Source of the DNA: Promethearchaeota archaeon
Lineage (GTDB): Archaea; Asgardarchaeota; Lokiarchaeia; Sigyniarchaeales; SOKP01
Reading direction: 5' to 3'
NCBI GenBank assembly: GCA_048940925.1
Contig: JBHLOC010000040.1
Coordinates: 1-43,109, forward strand
DNA: 43,109 nt
Shown: piece by piece, positions 18,138 through 28,195 of the stretch
Position numbering within the stretch: the first letter of the stretch is position 1
Layout: every line of letters starts with the position of its first letter
Translations under genes and position numbers: made by a program
The notes under the pieces: generated by a model
Told to the model about the DNA's origin: nothing
Database searches by the model: none
What the model saw: the letters and a program-made list of their open reading frames with translations, nothing else

Positions 18138-21100
18138 AATTTTACAGAGTAAAATTAAATCAATATTTCTATTAGTGATCATAATTCTTTCTTACTTATG
18201 GTTCTTCTTTATTTATTTGGATTCTTCTTTTACTTCAGCTGAAATTTTAAACAATGATTTGAGGGATGTAAACCTTAAACTTTCAGATTCATCTCAAAGA
18301 AATGTAATAGTTTTTTTTAATGATTCTTCTTATAATCCCACTATTATCTCCGTATTTGAATCCTATGGGGGATCTGTTAAAATAGAATGGAAAAATGTTT
18401 TTTCCTCATTTTCCGGTTTTGCTGGTAATATTCCAGAAGAAAATATCTCTATTTTTCAGAATATTTACCCCGAAGCTACAATAGAAAATGATGAAATACT
18501 GGAAACACAAATGAATTTTGCTTCTATTCAAACAGGTGCATTTAATTCAACGTGGTATTTAAATGGATTTAAAGGTAATACTAATTGTTCTATAGCAGTA
18601 TTAGACACAGGGGTTAATCCAACTCATAATTTTTTCCCAAAAGGATATAATCCGTCAGATTTAAATGGAAGTATAGTTGGTTGGGAAAATTTTGTAAATA
18701 GTCAATCAATATATGATGATAATGGTCATGGTACTTTTATATCCTCCATAATCTCAGGAACAGGTACCGATTCCTATGGATCAGTTAATCCTTCAAAAGT
18801 GAAAATACAAGAAAATTATTCCCATACTGACTTATTTGAAGAATATTCCCCTTCCAAAAATTATTCTTTAAAACTATTCACATTTAACGCTTCAAAACCA
18901 AATTCTAATGTTCTCATTAATTCTTCATGGAATTGTAAAACAGGTGGAATTGATGATGTTTGGTTTGAACTGTATTATGGCAATGGATTAGTAAATTGTT
19001 CACATAATAAATTACAAAATGTCTATCTTACTATTAATCATACTTTTAATCAAGATAAATTAGGTATTTATGATTTATATTTAAAATACCATAAACAATT
19101 ACAAAGTGACCCATCATTCTCATTTAATGTTTCAATATCATATTTTCCTGAGTTTTATATAGAAAACTATACTCATTTCACAGGAATTGCAAATGCAACT
19201 AAAATTGTGGCTTATAAAATACTAAATCAATCTGGAATTGGATATTCATCTGACTTAATTTCTGCTTTAATTAGTGTCAGCTTGAATCGAAGTAAATATC
19301 ATATTGTTAGTGCTTGTTTAAGCATTGGGACTATAGGTGAAGACGTAGCTGCTATAAATACTGTTATAAATGAAGTTATAAACAATGGAATCTTGGTTGT
19401 GATTGCTGCAGGAAATTCTGGTGTTGAATTCTCAGACTCACTAAATAAATTGGCTCAAAATGAAAATGCACTAGTAGTGGGGGCTATTAATGATAAAGAT
19501 CAAGTTACATCCTATAGTAGTAGGGGTAAAGAAATTGGAACTGTTCTTAAACCAGATATTGTCGCACCTGGTGGAAGTAAAATTGGGGGGCATCGAACAA
19601 TAACTTCAGCTGGTTTAGAATCAGATTTAGCTACATCTACTTATGGAACCTCAGTAGCTACTGCTATAGTTTCTGCAGCAGTAAATTTATTAATTGAAGC
19701 AAAATGGGATGATTGGAATCAATGGAACAATCTTAACCTTACACAGTGGGTAAAATATATTAAAGCATATCTATTAATGACTGCATCAGAAACTAATCTT
19801 CAAAGAGAAAATGATCCATCTACCAATGTAAATGAAAGTGTTTATTCCCCAGAATTTTCATCAGCTCCATTAACATTTGGGATAAAAGATGTTCATGAGG
19901 GTTATGGAAGGTTGAACATCCAAGCAGCAATTGATGCATTGACAAAAATTATGGATGTTAATAGATCCGAAAGCGGTAATTTAATAAGTTCACAAGTAAA
20001 TCCTCTTGGACCTCACGTATTTTCTCGACAAATCAAACTAGCAAAAAATAAACAATATCTATTTAATTTGACTATTGCTGAAAATGACGTAGATTTTGAT
20101 GTATTATTGTTTTCTAATGAATCAAATCAATATGGTGAACCTATTTTATTGCAATCTTCAAGAAAATGGTATGATGATCTTAATTATTTTTACTTTACAC
20201 CTAAAGCAAATCAAACAGATTGTATTATAACAGTAAAAGCAGTTAGTGGAAGTAGTATGTTTACTTTGAATGTCTCACTTGTCGATAATAAGTTCGAACC
20301 TATGTTAAAAGTCCCTGAAATTTATTATAGTGGGGGTCAAAAAAATACAACAATAATGAGCCTTCAAGAATATATGGGTAATAATCCTCAAAAGAATTAC
20401 AGTATCGATAATTATAGATTCTATATTGAATACTTTGATAATGATACTACAAATGTTCCACCTCAAGAAGTCTATGTAGTAATTTTAGGTATCTCGAAAA
20501 ATTACACATTATATCAACCATATAATAACTTCTTATTTCCACCAGATAATAATTTTACAGATGGAGCTTTGTTTATAAGTAATTATATTCAATTTCCTCA
20601 TACTGGGATGTTTCAATATTATTTTATTGGGAGTGACGGTAAACATCGGACGAGATTTCCTAATTCAGGATTTTTAAATATATCCATTGAATTTCCTACT
20701 GATAGCATTCAATTTCCTCATTATACGTCCTTTAATGAAGGGTTTGATAACTGGACTTATACAGGTACAGGATGGGGGCTTTTAGAACAGTATAATATAA
20801 ATGATGATCGATCCTTAATGTATCAAGATTCTTGGAGATCCATATATTTTGGTACATATCACAAATTTCCGACAAATTATACATACCAACCAAATAACTT
20901 AACAGAAGGTTCATTTCCAAATGGTATTTTAACAAGTCCTCTAATTAATTTAACAAATATTAATGAAAATAGAACACAACCTTTTGCTAAATTTGGATTG
21001 AGAACTAGTATCAATAATGGAGATTTTATATACCTACAAATAAATTTAAATTGGACAGGATGGTTTACAATAAAAAGTTATACTGATGAAGAAAAAGAGT

Positions 21101-22968
21101 GGTTTATGGAGGAAATAAATATTACACAATATATAGGGTATTTTGTACAATTTCGATTTGAAACATCTATAAACAATGAGTCTGATCCTGTTAATTATAA
21201 AGGATTCTTATTAGACTATTTTGCTTTAATAAATTATACTAATGAAAATTCTCCACAAATTGATTTTGATTTAAAAAATGATTTATCATCATATCAGGGT
21301 TTTAAATATCAAAGATTCAGGTTCTCATGTAGATATTATGATTTAGAAAATAATTATCCTGAATATGTCTATTTAGAGATGGAAGAGATAAACTATACAA
21401 TGTATAATATACATGGAGATTGGAATGCAACGGTAGGAGATAATGGTATTTTGTTTACACGATCACTAGTTTTAGGAGATATCTCAAATAATTCATTTCG
21501 ATTTCACATATCTGATGGGAAGTTTATCACTAGAACACACTGGTATAATAAAAATAATGAATTATTTAAATTTGTAGAACTTGAACCATTACAATTTAAT
21601 ATTTTAAAAGACAATAAATTAATTGGATACAATTTCCCTAATAATTCCTTAACTAATTATTTTGTCACGGGAATACCAATACAGAAAGAATTGACTGCGT
21701 GGTTTAAAGGAGATAATACATGGCACCCAATAACCCGACTATATCAACAAATGCTTTATGGAGGTATGGGTAATAGTTTTGGAAGTAATGATCAAGGTTA
21801 TGAGATAAATTGGGAATCAAACTTAATAACTTATCCTTTGCATTTAAATAGTGAATATAAAGTGTATCTTAAATTCGATCATGAAATCAAATTACAAAAT
21901 GAATATTATCTGCCAGAAGACCAATTAGATAAATGTAATATATCAATTTCAAATGATTATGGAGATAGTTGGACGCTATTGAAAGAGTATACTTATGAAA
22001 GTGATAATCTTTATGGAAAAGAAAAAATTGATCTTTCTCGATATTTAGGCGATGATATTATGGTTAAGTTTACACTACACACAAATAATTTTAATGGAGG
22101 ATTAGGATATGGCTGGTTATTGTATAATATCTATATAGGGTATGATAAATCAACAGATTTTTTTGCTCCAGAGATACATATTATTAACCCTTCAAATGAT
22201 ACAACCATAAAATCTAGAATTTTAATCCAAGCAGAAATAGAAGATAATGTTGAAATAGATGAATCTAAAATTTATATTTACATTAATGGTATGAGTGTAG
22301 ATAGGACGAAATTGAGCTATGATAATAATACTCGCCTATTAGAGTTTAGTTGGGATACCACCCAATATAATGATGGAATATTTGAAATAAAGGTTGTAGC
22401 GTATGATAAGGAAGGCAATATGGCAGAAAGTTATGTAATTGTAAAAGTTGATAACATAAAATGGTGGAGCACATGGGGCCCATATATTCTTTTAAGTGTT
22501 GGGGTTGTTATTATTGGAATAATTATCTATAAAATATCTGAGAAGAAGGGAAAGATTTGGATTGAAAAAATAAGAAGTACTCGTGTTGAAAAGATGAGAC
22601 TTAAAGAAATTGATAAGGATCAAGTGATTAAAAGAATAGAGCTTGTAGAATATGAAGAGGAGTTAAAAAGACCTTTAATTTTATATTGTAAACATTGTAG
22701 ATCATGGTTTTCAGCTGAAAAATTTGATATAATTTGTCCTGTATGTGACTATGATCAAATTTATGCGGCATATAGATGTGAGAATTGTGGTAAGTGGTTC
22801 TATAAAAATGAACCAAGTGAAAATTATTATTGCAAAAACAAAACCTGTGAAGGAGTGAGATTAATTAGAAGAAAAAAAGAGGAAATTCAGAATTTATTAG
22901 CGAATGAGGGAAAAGTTTTAAGAAAATTTGAAAGAAAAAAAAAGAAGTTTAGTATTTTAGACGTATAA
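18130..22968 (+). CDS. Membrane-anchored S8 subtilase with accessory beta domains and a cytoplasmic Cys-rich zinc-binding tail
   Basis: Triad motifs LDTG (D159), HGT (H200) and GTS (S508), oxyanion AAGN (N429), KPDIVAPG, EGYG; I9-like prodomain; Ig domain, TM, then CxxC/CxxC/CxxC/Cx4C. Confidence 0.9.
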   Translation: MIKILQSKIKSIFLLVIIILSYLWFFFIYLDSSFTSAEILNNDLRDVNLKLSDSSQRNVIVFFNDSSYNPTIISVFESYGGSVKIEWKNVFSSFSGFAGNIPEENISIFQNIYPEATIENDEILETQMNFASIQTGAFNSTWYLNGFKGNTNCSIAVLDTGVNPTHNFFPKGYNPSDLNGSIVGWENFVNSQSIYDDNGHGTFISSIISGTGTDSYGSVNPSKVKIQENYSHTDLFEEYSPSKNYSLKLFTFNASKPNSNVLINSSWNCKTGGIDDVWFELYYGNGLVNCSHNKLQNVYLTINHTFNQDKLGIYDLYLKYHKQLQSDPSFSFNVSISYFPEFYIENYTHFTGIANATKIVAYKILNQSGIGYSSDLISALISVSLNRSKYHIVSACLSIGTIGEDVAAINTVINEVINNGILVVIAAGNSGVEFSDSLNKLAQNENALVVGAINDKDQVTSYSSRGKEIGTVLKPDIVAPGGSKIGGHRTITSAGLESDLATSTYGTSVATAIVSAAVNLLIEAKWDDWNQWNNLNLTQWVKYIKAYLLMTASETNLQRENDPSTNVNESVYSPEFSSAPLTFGIKDVHEGYGRLNIQAAIDALTKIMDVNRSESGNLISSQVNPLGPHVFSRQIKLAKNKQYLFNLTIAENDVDFDVLLFSNESNQYGEPILLQSSRKWYDDLNYFYFTPKANQTDCIITVKAVSGSSMFTLNVSLVDNKFEPMLKVPEIYYSGGQKNTTIMSLQEYMGNNPQKNYSIDNYRFYIEYFDNDTTNVPPQEVYVVILGISKNYTLYQPYNNFLFPPDNNFTDGALFISNYIQFPHTGMFQYYFIGSDGKHRTRFPNSGFLNISIEFPTDSIQFPHYTSFNEGFDNWTYTGTGWGLLEQYNINDDRSLMYQDSWRSIYFGTYHKFPTNYTYQPNNLTEGSFPNGILTSPLINLTNINENRTQPFAKFGLRTSINNGDFIYLQINLNWTGWFTIKSYTDEEKEWFMEEINITQYIGYFVQFRFETSINNESDPVNYKGFLLDYFALINYTNENSPQIDFDLKNDLSSYQGFKYQRFRFSCRYYDLENNYPEYVYLEMEEINYTMYNIHGDWNATVGDNGILFTRSLVLGDISNNSFRFHISDGKFITRTHWYNKNNELFKFVELEPLQFNILKDNKLIGYNFPNNSLTNYFVTGIPIQKELTAWFKGDNTWHPITRLYQQMLYGGMGNSFGSNDQGYEINWESNLITYPLHLNSEYKVYLKFDHEIKLQNEYYLPEDQLDKCNISISNDYGDSWTLLKEYTYESDNLYGKEKIDLSRYLGDDIMVKFTLHTNNFNGGLGYGWLLYNIYIGYDKSTDFFAPEIHIINPSNDTTIKSRILIQAEIEDNVEIDESKIYIYINGMSVDRTKLSYDNNTRLLEFSWDTTQYNDGIFEIKVVAYDKEGNMAESYVIVKVDNIKWWSTWGPYILLSVGVVIIGIIIYKISEKKGKIWIEKIRSTRVEKMRLKEIDKDQVIKRIELVEYEEELKRPLILYCKHCRSWFSAEKFDIICPVCDYDQIYAAYRCENCGKWFYKNEPSENYYCKNKTCEGVRLIRRKKEEIQNLLANEGKVLRKFERKKKKFSILDV

Positions 22969-22997
22969 AAAAAGTGAAATTCTCCCGTGAGTAAAAT

Positions 22998-25970
22998 ATG
23001 GATTTGAGAGCATTTTTTTATAAACTTAAGAAACGATTCAATTTACAATTTCTCAAGCATTCATGGCTTGATCTCAAGCGTGATAAAGCAAAAGCAATAT
23101 TTGGGATCTCAGGTATTGCTATTTCATTGTTTTTACTCACGATAATTGGAACACTAAATGATACTGTAAATTATAATTATTTATTATATACAACATCAAC
23201 GACAGGTCAAGCTGATATAATGATCACAAGAACTATTCAAACAGACTTAACTTTTGACCCTTTCTTTAATGAAGATATAATAAAAAATGAGTTACACGAT
23301 ATTGAGGGCGTAAGTGAATTATTTCCTCGAATACTAATGTTTGTAGATGCCTTTCCTGATAATGCAAATTCCAGTACTTCTTTAGAATTATATGGATTTG
23401 ACTTTGAAAAAGAAGCAAAAAATGGGAATATGGGAGACTTAATTATAGTCGACAAATTTGGAAAAGAAACTAATGAAATCTATACTGATGAGCCTAAAGA
23501 AGGCGAGTGTGTGATATTATGGAATGCTGCTGAGATGTTAAATATTACTAAAGGAGATAAAATCCACTTAGAATATCAAAATTACGATTTAAATCTAATT
23601 GTTGCAGAAATTTGTATTCAAAGATTAAAGTTCATGCAATTCGAAAATACATTGATATTAGTTAATTTAGACCAAGCCCAGTCATTTTTACAACGTGTAG
23701 AACAAATAAATCTTGTTGTAGGCACTATAAACAACCCTAAGTCTGTTTATGATGCCAGTGACTTAAAGAAAACAACACGAAAATTAAGAAAAATTAGTGC
23801 ACGAATTCAAGATCGATTAGATCTTAATGAATTCACCGTAAACTTACCCAAATTAGAAGAACTTGAAGCAGGGCAATTTTCACTAATGACAATAAGTATA
23901 ATTTTTTGGGTGATTACAATTCTTTCAATGCTTATTACAGCTATTTTAATAAATAGTATCCTGTCCACATCTGCGGAAGAAAGAGTGAGAGAATTTGGCA
24001 TCACTAGAGTTGTAGGGAGTAAAAAATCATATTCTATGAAAATAGTTCTTTTCGAGGGTTTAATGATGGGATCTATGGGTGCGATCATAGGAATGATACT
24101 TGGAGTCTCTTTGATTCAACCTATTGCTCGAAATCTATTTCATTTATATGACTTTGAATTTGCATTTGCGGAAGTTAAATGGGTAACTAAGCCACAGACT
24201 TTAATAATGATATTTTCAATTGGTGCTGTGGTTTCATTAGTGGTTGCATTATTACCTGCTTTAAAAACAAGAAAGATTGATCTAATTAAAGCAATTACAC
24301 CATTTCAGACTAAAGAGGAGGGTTGGGAAGTAAAAAAAGAGGGGAGCATGAATTTGAAGAGTTTTTTAGTAGGAATTGCAGTAGCCACTATAGGTCTGAT
24401 TATTTTCATTTTGTTACCAAATATTTTTGTAACAGGAGATTTTATGTTAATAATGGGTCTTTTTGTAGGATTAATTGCTGCAATTCTAATTGGATTAGTA
24501 TTTGCATCGATTGGAATCGTACCACTAATCCAAAAGATATTTTTAGGAGTTATTTCACCCATAATAAAGAAATATAGCAATATAATAAATATTTCTTTAA
24601 AACGATATAGAAGACGTAATACCAGTACTGTTGTAATGTTTGCAATAAGTTTTTCTTTCATTTTCTTTATTACGAGTATATCAGAAATGGAGTCTGAAAA
24701 TTTGGCTTTAAATTTAAAATTTCAATATGGAGCAGATTTAGTTTTGGTGAATCAAGAACTATACTATGAAGAATATGCAGTAACACTTGAAATGGTTGAA
24801 AATCTTAAAGAACTATCAGGAATTGATAAAGTAGCATTATCTCTTCATAATACATTTGATTTTCAAGCAACTTTATCTGCTATATTTGATGTTTCTGAAG
24901 GACAGGTTACGTTTGGTGGAGGAAGATCAGAGGAAGCAATAATGAATTTGTTTCAATTCTATGCAGCTCAAGAAGAACTGAAATTTCAAACAACGGCAGG
25001 TGATTTAATGGATTTTGATAACGTTGATGTAGGGTTTATTGGTGTTAATGAAGATTTTGTTGATTTGATTGATAAAAAATTAATAATTTGGAAAAGTGAA
25101 GGAAGTAGTACAAGCTTCTCTTTTTCTCAATTATTCAACCATAATGATACTTGTATTATTGCGAAATCTGTTGCTAGTGTAATTGGTGTTCATGATGTTG
25201 GGCAAAAAATCCGAGTAACATTTTATGATCCTGCAGATCCAAATGATAGAGGAACTCCATATAATTTATCTGTTGTAGGAATTTCTGGAGGAATTCCAGG
25301 ATTTTTCAACTTTAGAACTAATGAAATGTCTGCTAGTGGCGGCGGAGTGATAGTTTCATTAGAAAATTATATGCGATTAATGAAAGTTGAAAATCCAGGA
25401 GAACCTAATATGATTATAGATAAAGTATTTATAAATTTAATAGATAAAACTGAAGATAATATCAAAGAAACAAAGGAGGAAATTAAATTGATGTATCAAG
25501 AGAAAGATTTCATTATTGATGATGCAGTTTCAAAAATAAATTTCATGGAAGCGATGACTGAAAGACGAGAATTCTTGATGGAATTAATTTTGACCTTTAC
25601 AATAATAATCAGTATCTTTGGTCTAATAAGCAGTATGTATGCAATAATGTTAGAAAGAAAATTTGAGATTGGTATAATTCGTGCGATGGGACTAAAGACG
25701 AAAAATGTTCGTAACATGTTTCTATTAGAAAGTATGATAATACTACTTAGCTCAGGTATAATGGGTACAATAATCGGTACATTTACAGCTTATCTCTTAG
25801 AAACTAATATGGGCCTCATGACAGAAATGCCAGTGATTTTTTCTATTCCAATTGATATTTTACTCAGGGTATTTATTATTTCTATATCCGTGAGTGTTTT
25901 AGGCACATATATTATTCTTCTAAAGCTTAGTAGAGAAACCATCATGGATATATTTCGCCAGACATTTTGA
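22998..25970 (+). CDS. ABC permease, FtsX/MacB family, paralogue of 11174-14194
   Basis: ERVREFGITRVVG and ERKFEIGIIRAMG; shares RRN(S/T)STV..FA.SFSF.F, YG(S/A)DLV and the C-terminal I..I(Y/F)R.T with the first permease. Confidence 0.92.
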   Translation: MDLRAFFYKLKKRFNLQFLKHSWLDLKRDKAKAIFGISGIAISLFLLTIIGTLNDTVNYNYLLYTTSTTGQADIMITRTIQTDLTFDPFFNEDIIKNELHDIEGVSELFPRILMFVDAFPDNANSSTSLELYGFDFEKEAKNGNMGDLIIVDKFGKETNEIYTDEPKEGECVILWNAAEMLNITKGDKIHLEYQNYDLNLIVAEICIQRLKFMQFENTLILVNLDQAQSFLQRVEQINLVVGTINNPKSVYDASDLKKTTRKLRKISARIQDRLDLNEFTVNLPKLEELEAGQFSLMTISIIFWVITILSMLITAILINSILSTSAEERVREFGITRVVGSKKSYSMKIVLFEGLMMGSMGAIIGMILGVSLIQPIARNLFHLYDFEFAFAEVKWVTKPQTLIMIFSIGAVVSLVVALLPALKTRKIDLIKAITPFQTKEEGWEVKKEGSMNLKSFLVGIAVATIGLIIFILLPNIFVTGDFMLIMGLFVGLIAAILIGLVFASIGIVPLIQKIFLGVISPIIKKYSNIINISLKRYRRRNTSTVVMFAISFSFIFFITSISEMESENLALNLKFQYGADLVLVNQELYYEEYAVTLEMVENLKELSGIDKVALSLHNTFDFQATLSAIFDVSEGQVTFGGGRSEEAIMNLFQFYAAQEELKFQTTAGDLMDFDNVDVGFIGVNEDFVDLIDKKLIIWKSEGSSTSFSFSQLFNHNDTCIIAKSVASVIGVHDVGQKIRVTFYDPADPNDRGTPYNLSVVGISGGIPGFFNFRTNEMSASGGGVIVSLENYMRLMKVENPGEPNMIIDKVFINLIDKTEDNIKETKEEIKLMYQEKDFIIDDAVSKINFMEAMTERREFLMELILTFTIIISIFGLISSMYAIMLERKFEIGIIRAMGLKTKNVRNMFLLESMIILLSSGIMGTIIGTFTAYLLETNMGLMTEMPVIFSIPIDILLRVFIISISVSVLGTYIILLKLSRETIMDIFRQTF

Positions 25971-26061
25971 ATCTACTTTTTCCTATTTTTCTCTTATTTA
26001 AGTAAAATAGATTTATTTTTTTTCATTAGGAAAAAAAATTGTAAGTTAGAAATTGTTAAAT

Positions 26062-26649
26062 TTAAATATTTTCCTTTAAAAAATTTATCAATTCTTTTAC
26101 TGCTTGACCACGATGGGAAATACTATTTTTTTCCTCAGTAGCAAGCTCTGCAAAAGTTTTGTTAGGAAATAAATCGGGTATAAAAATAGGATCAAAACCA
26201 AATCCTTCTTTACCTTTCATTTTTTTAGAAACTTTCCCTTTTATCTCACCTTCAAATAAAATAGTTTCGTTTAGTGGTTTGTAATATAAACATGCAATAG
26301 CTGAGAAATGAGCCCTTGAGTTATCATAATCATTTATTAATTTCAATAGTCCTTTATTACCGATTGTTTTTAAAACATAAGAAGAATATACACCAGGAAA
26401 TCCATTAAGAGGAAAATCTACAAAAAATCCTGCATCTTCAATAAAAAAGGAGTTTTTAATCTTCTTTTTTACACTATTTAACTTAAATAAAGCAACCTCT
26501 CTAATGGATTCTGCCTGAATTTCAATTGTTTCAAGATCCAATTGTTTTAATTTACAATTTAATCTTTCTCGTTTAAAGAGATTTGATACTTCATTATATT
26601 TATGTTTATTTCTTGTTACAAAATATATTATATTTTGATCTTTACTCAT
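26062..26649 (-). CDS. rdgB: Non-canonical purine NTP pyrophosphatase (RdgB/HAM1)
   Basis: TRNKHK, EIQ, EDAG, GFPGVYS, GFGFDPIF and EKNSISHRGQA motifs. Confidence 0.95.
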   Translation of the reverse strand: MSKDQNIIYFVTRNKHKYNEVSNLFKRERLNCKLKQLDLETIEIQAESIREVALFKLNSVKKKIKNSFFIEDAGFFVDFPLNGFPGVYSSYVLKTIGNKGLLKLINDYDNSRAHFSAIACLYYKPLNETILFEGEIKGKVSKKMKGKEGFGFDPIFIPDLFPNKTFAELATEEKNSISHRGQAVKELINFLKENI

Positions 26650-26807
26650 AATTACTATAATAGCTTAAGATTTATTTAGATATTTAAGTTTAAAGAAGAT
26701 GGAACAGGCTGTATGAATTAACTTTCCAAAAGTTTAATTTATATAGTGCTTTATTTACTTTATAATAAATCATATAAGAACTGCAAAATTGAAGGCAGAA
26801 TATAAAA

Positions 26808-27266
26808 ATGGCTCGGATGCATTCTAGGAAGCGTGGAAAATCGGGTAGTACAAGACCCGCTAGGCTAGAGCGTCCTCAATGGGTAGAGCTCTCACCTGAT
26901 GAGGTTGAAAATGAAGTTGTTAAGTTAGCTCGAAGAGGACATTCTAAATCAATGATAGGAACAATTATGAGAGATTCTCGAGGAGTTCCTCTTGTTAAAA
27001 TAGTAGCTGGTAAAAAAGTTAGCCAAATTCTTACAGAAAATAATATTGAAACTCCACTTCCAGAAGATTTATCGAATTTAGTACGAAAAGCGTTAAATAT
27101 AAGAAAACATCTAGAAACTAATCATAAGGATTTAGAATCTATTAAAGGCTTAAACAGAACTGAATCTAAAATCTATCGATTAATAAAGTATTATAAAAGA
27201 AAGAAAATTTTAGCTCAAGACTTCAGGTATGATCCAGAGAAGATTAGAACCTTGATAGCAAGATAA
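26808..27266 (+). CDS. rps15: 30S ribosomal protein uS15 (archaeal S15/S13e)
   Basis: MARMHSRKRGKSGS...PEDL...ESKIYRLIKYYK, typical of archaeal/eukaryotic uS15. Confidence 0.97.
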   Translation: MARMHSRKRGKSGSTRPARLERPQWVELSPDEVENEVVKLARRGHSKSMIGTIMRDSRGVPLVKIVAGKKVSQILTENNIETPLPEDLSNLVRKALNIRKHLETNHKDLESIKGLNRTESKIYRLIKYYKRKKILAQDFRYDPEKIRTLIAR

Positions 27267-27280
27267 AGGGAGGTTTTATT

Positions 27281-28057
27281 ATGAGTTCTAAAGCAAGGAA
27301 AAAGAAACCAAAAACAAAAAAGGTAACATTCAAAGATAAACAGTGGTATAGTGTTATTACACCTAAGATCTTCAAATTTAAGCCTATTGGGGAAATTATA
27401 GGGGTGGAAGATACTTTAATAGGGAGAACTGTAGAAACCTTATTATTTGATTTTACAGGTAATTACAATGATATTAGCCTTAAACTCAGATTTCAAATAA
27501 CAGAAATTAATGATGAGGCAAAAAAGTGTAATACTGTCTTTCAAGGTCATGCATATACAAATGATTACATAAGATCCCTAATAGGTAGAGGTAGTTCAAA
27601 AATCCAGACTATCAATAACCTTACAACTAAAGATAATTATAGATTCCGTGTAACAACAATTTGCACTACTATTAAACGAGCACGAAGTTCCCAGATTAAT
27701 TTAATTAGGAAAATCATAAGAGAGATTTTAAGTGAGTTTGCTAAATCATTGAACCATGAAAAGTTCATAGGAGGTCTTATTTATGGAGAATTTCAAAACC
27801 AAATCTTACGTGTAGCTAAAACAATATATCCTTTATCAAGCTGTGTAATAGTTAAGAGTAAACTTGTTTTAATTCCTGAGGGTGGAGAAGATAAAGAAAT
27901 TCCAGACGAGCAATTTGAAATTGTTGAAATTGATATTAAAAGATCTCGAAAATCAGAAATAAGGAGATCTGAACGTATTAACGTCAAGAAACTCGCACAA
28001 ACTAAACCTAAAGTTGAAAAAACTGAAGAAGATTTAGAAAAGGAAAATGATGAATAA
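27281..28057 (+). CDS. rps3ae: 30S ribosomal protein eS1 (S3Ae)
   Basis: KQWYSVITP, IGRTVET, DYIRSLI.RG.SKI, TKDNY and IYPL motifs; GGAGGT RBS at 27269-27274. Confidence 0.93.
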   Translation: MSSKARKKKPKTKKVTFKDKQWYSVITPKIFKFKPIGEIIGVEDTLIGRTVETLLFDFTGNYNDISLKLRFQITEINDEAKKCNTVFQGHAYTNDYIRSLIGRGSSKIQTINNLTTKDNYRFRVTTICTTIKRARSSQINLIRKIIREILSEFAKSLNHEKFIGGLIYGEFQNQILRVAKTIYPLSSCVIVKSKLVLIPEGGEDKEIPDEQFEIVEIDIKRSRKSEIRRSERINVKKLAQTKPKVEKTEEDLEKENDE

Positions 28058-28195
28058 AATGATCCTCTATAAAAGCTCTTTTTATTGAATTATTTAAAGC
28101 ATTAGTGATTTATTTACTTAAAACTTTTATATTAATTATAATTGCTATTTATAGATGTTGTAAATAGTAAATTAAAATTAAGTAAGGCTAGAATT

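Noticed and set aside
9995-25970. Interpreting the ABC plus S8 operon as a lantibiotic/bacteriocin or anti-phage (ATPase + S8) system
   Set aside because: There is no precursor peptide or modification enzyme. The ATPase is MacB/LolD-type rather than AAA+, and the protease is secreted and membrane-anchored.
25977-26035. 9-bp inverted repeat (tttttccta/taggaaaaa) between convergent genes
   Set aside because: It is short, mostly homopolymer and widely spaced; it is more simply read as T-rich terminators on both strands.
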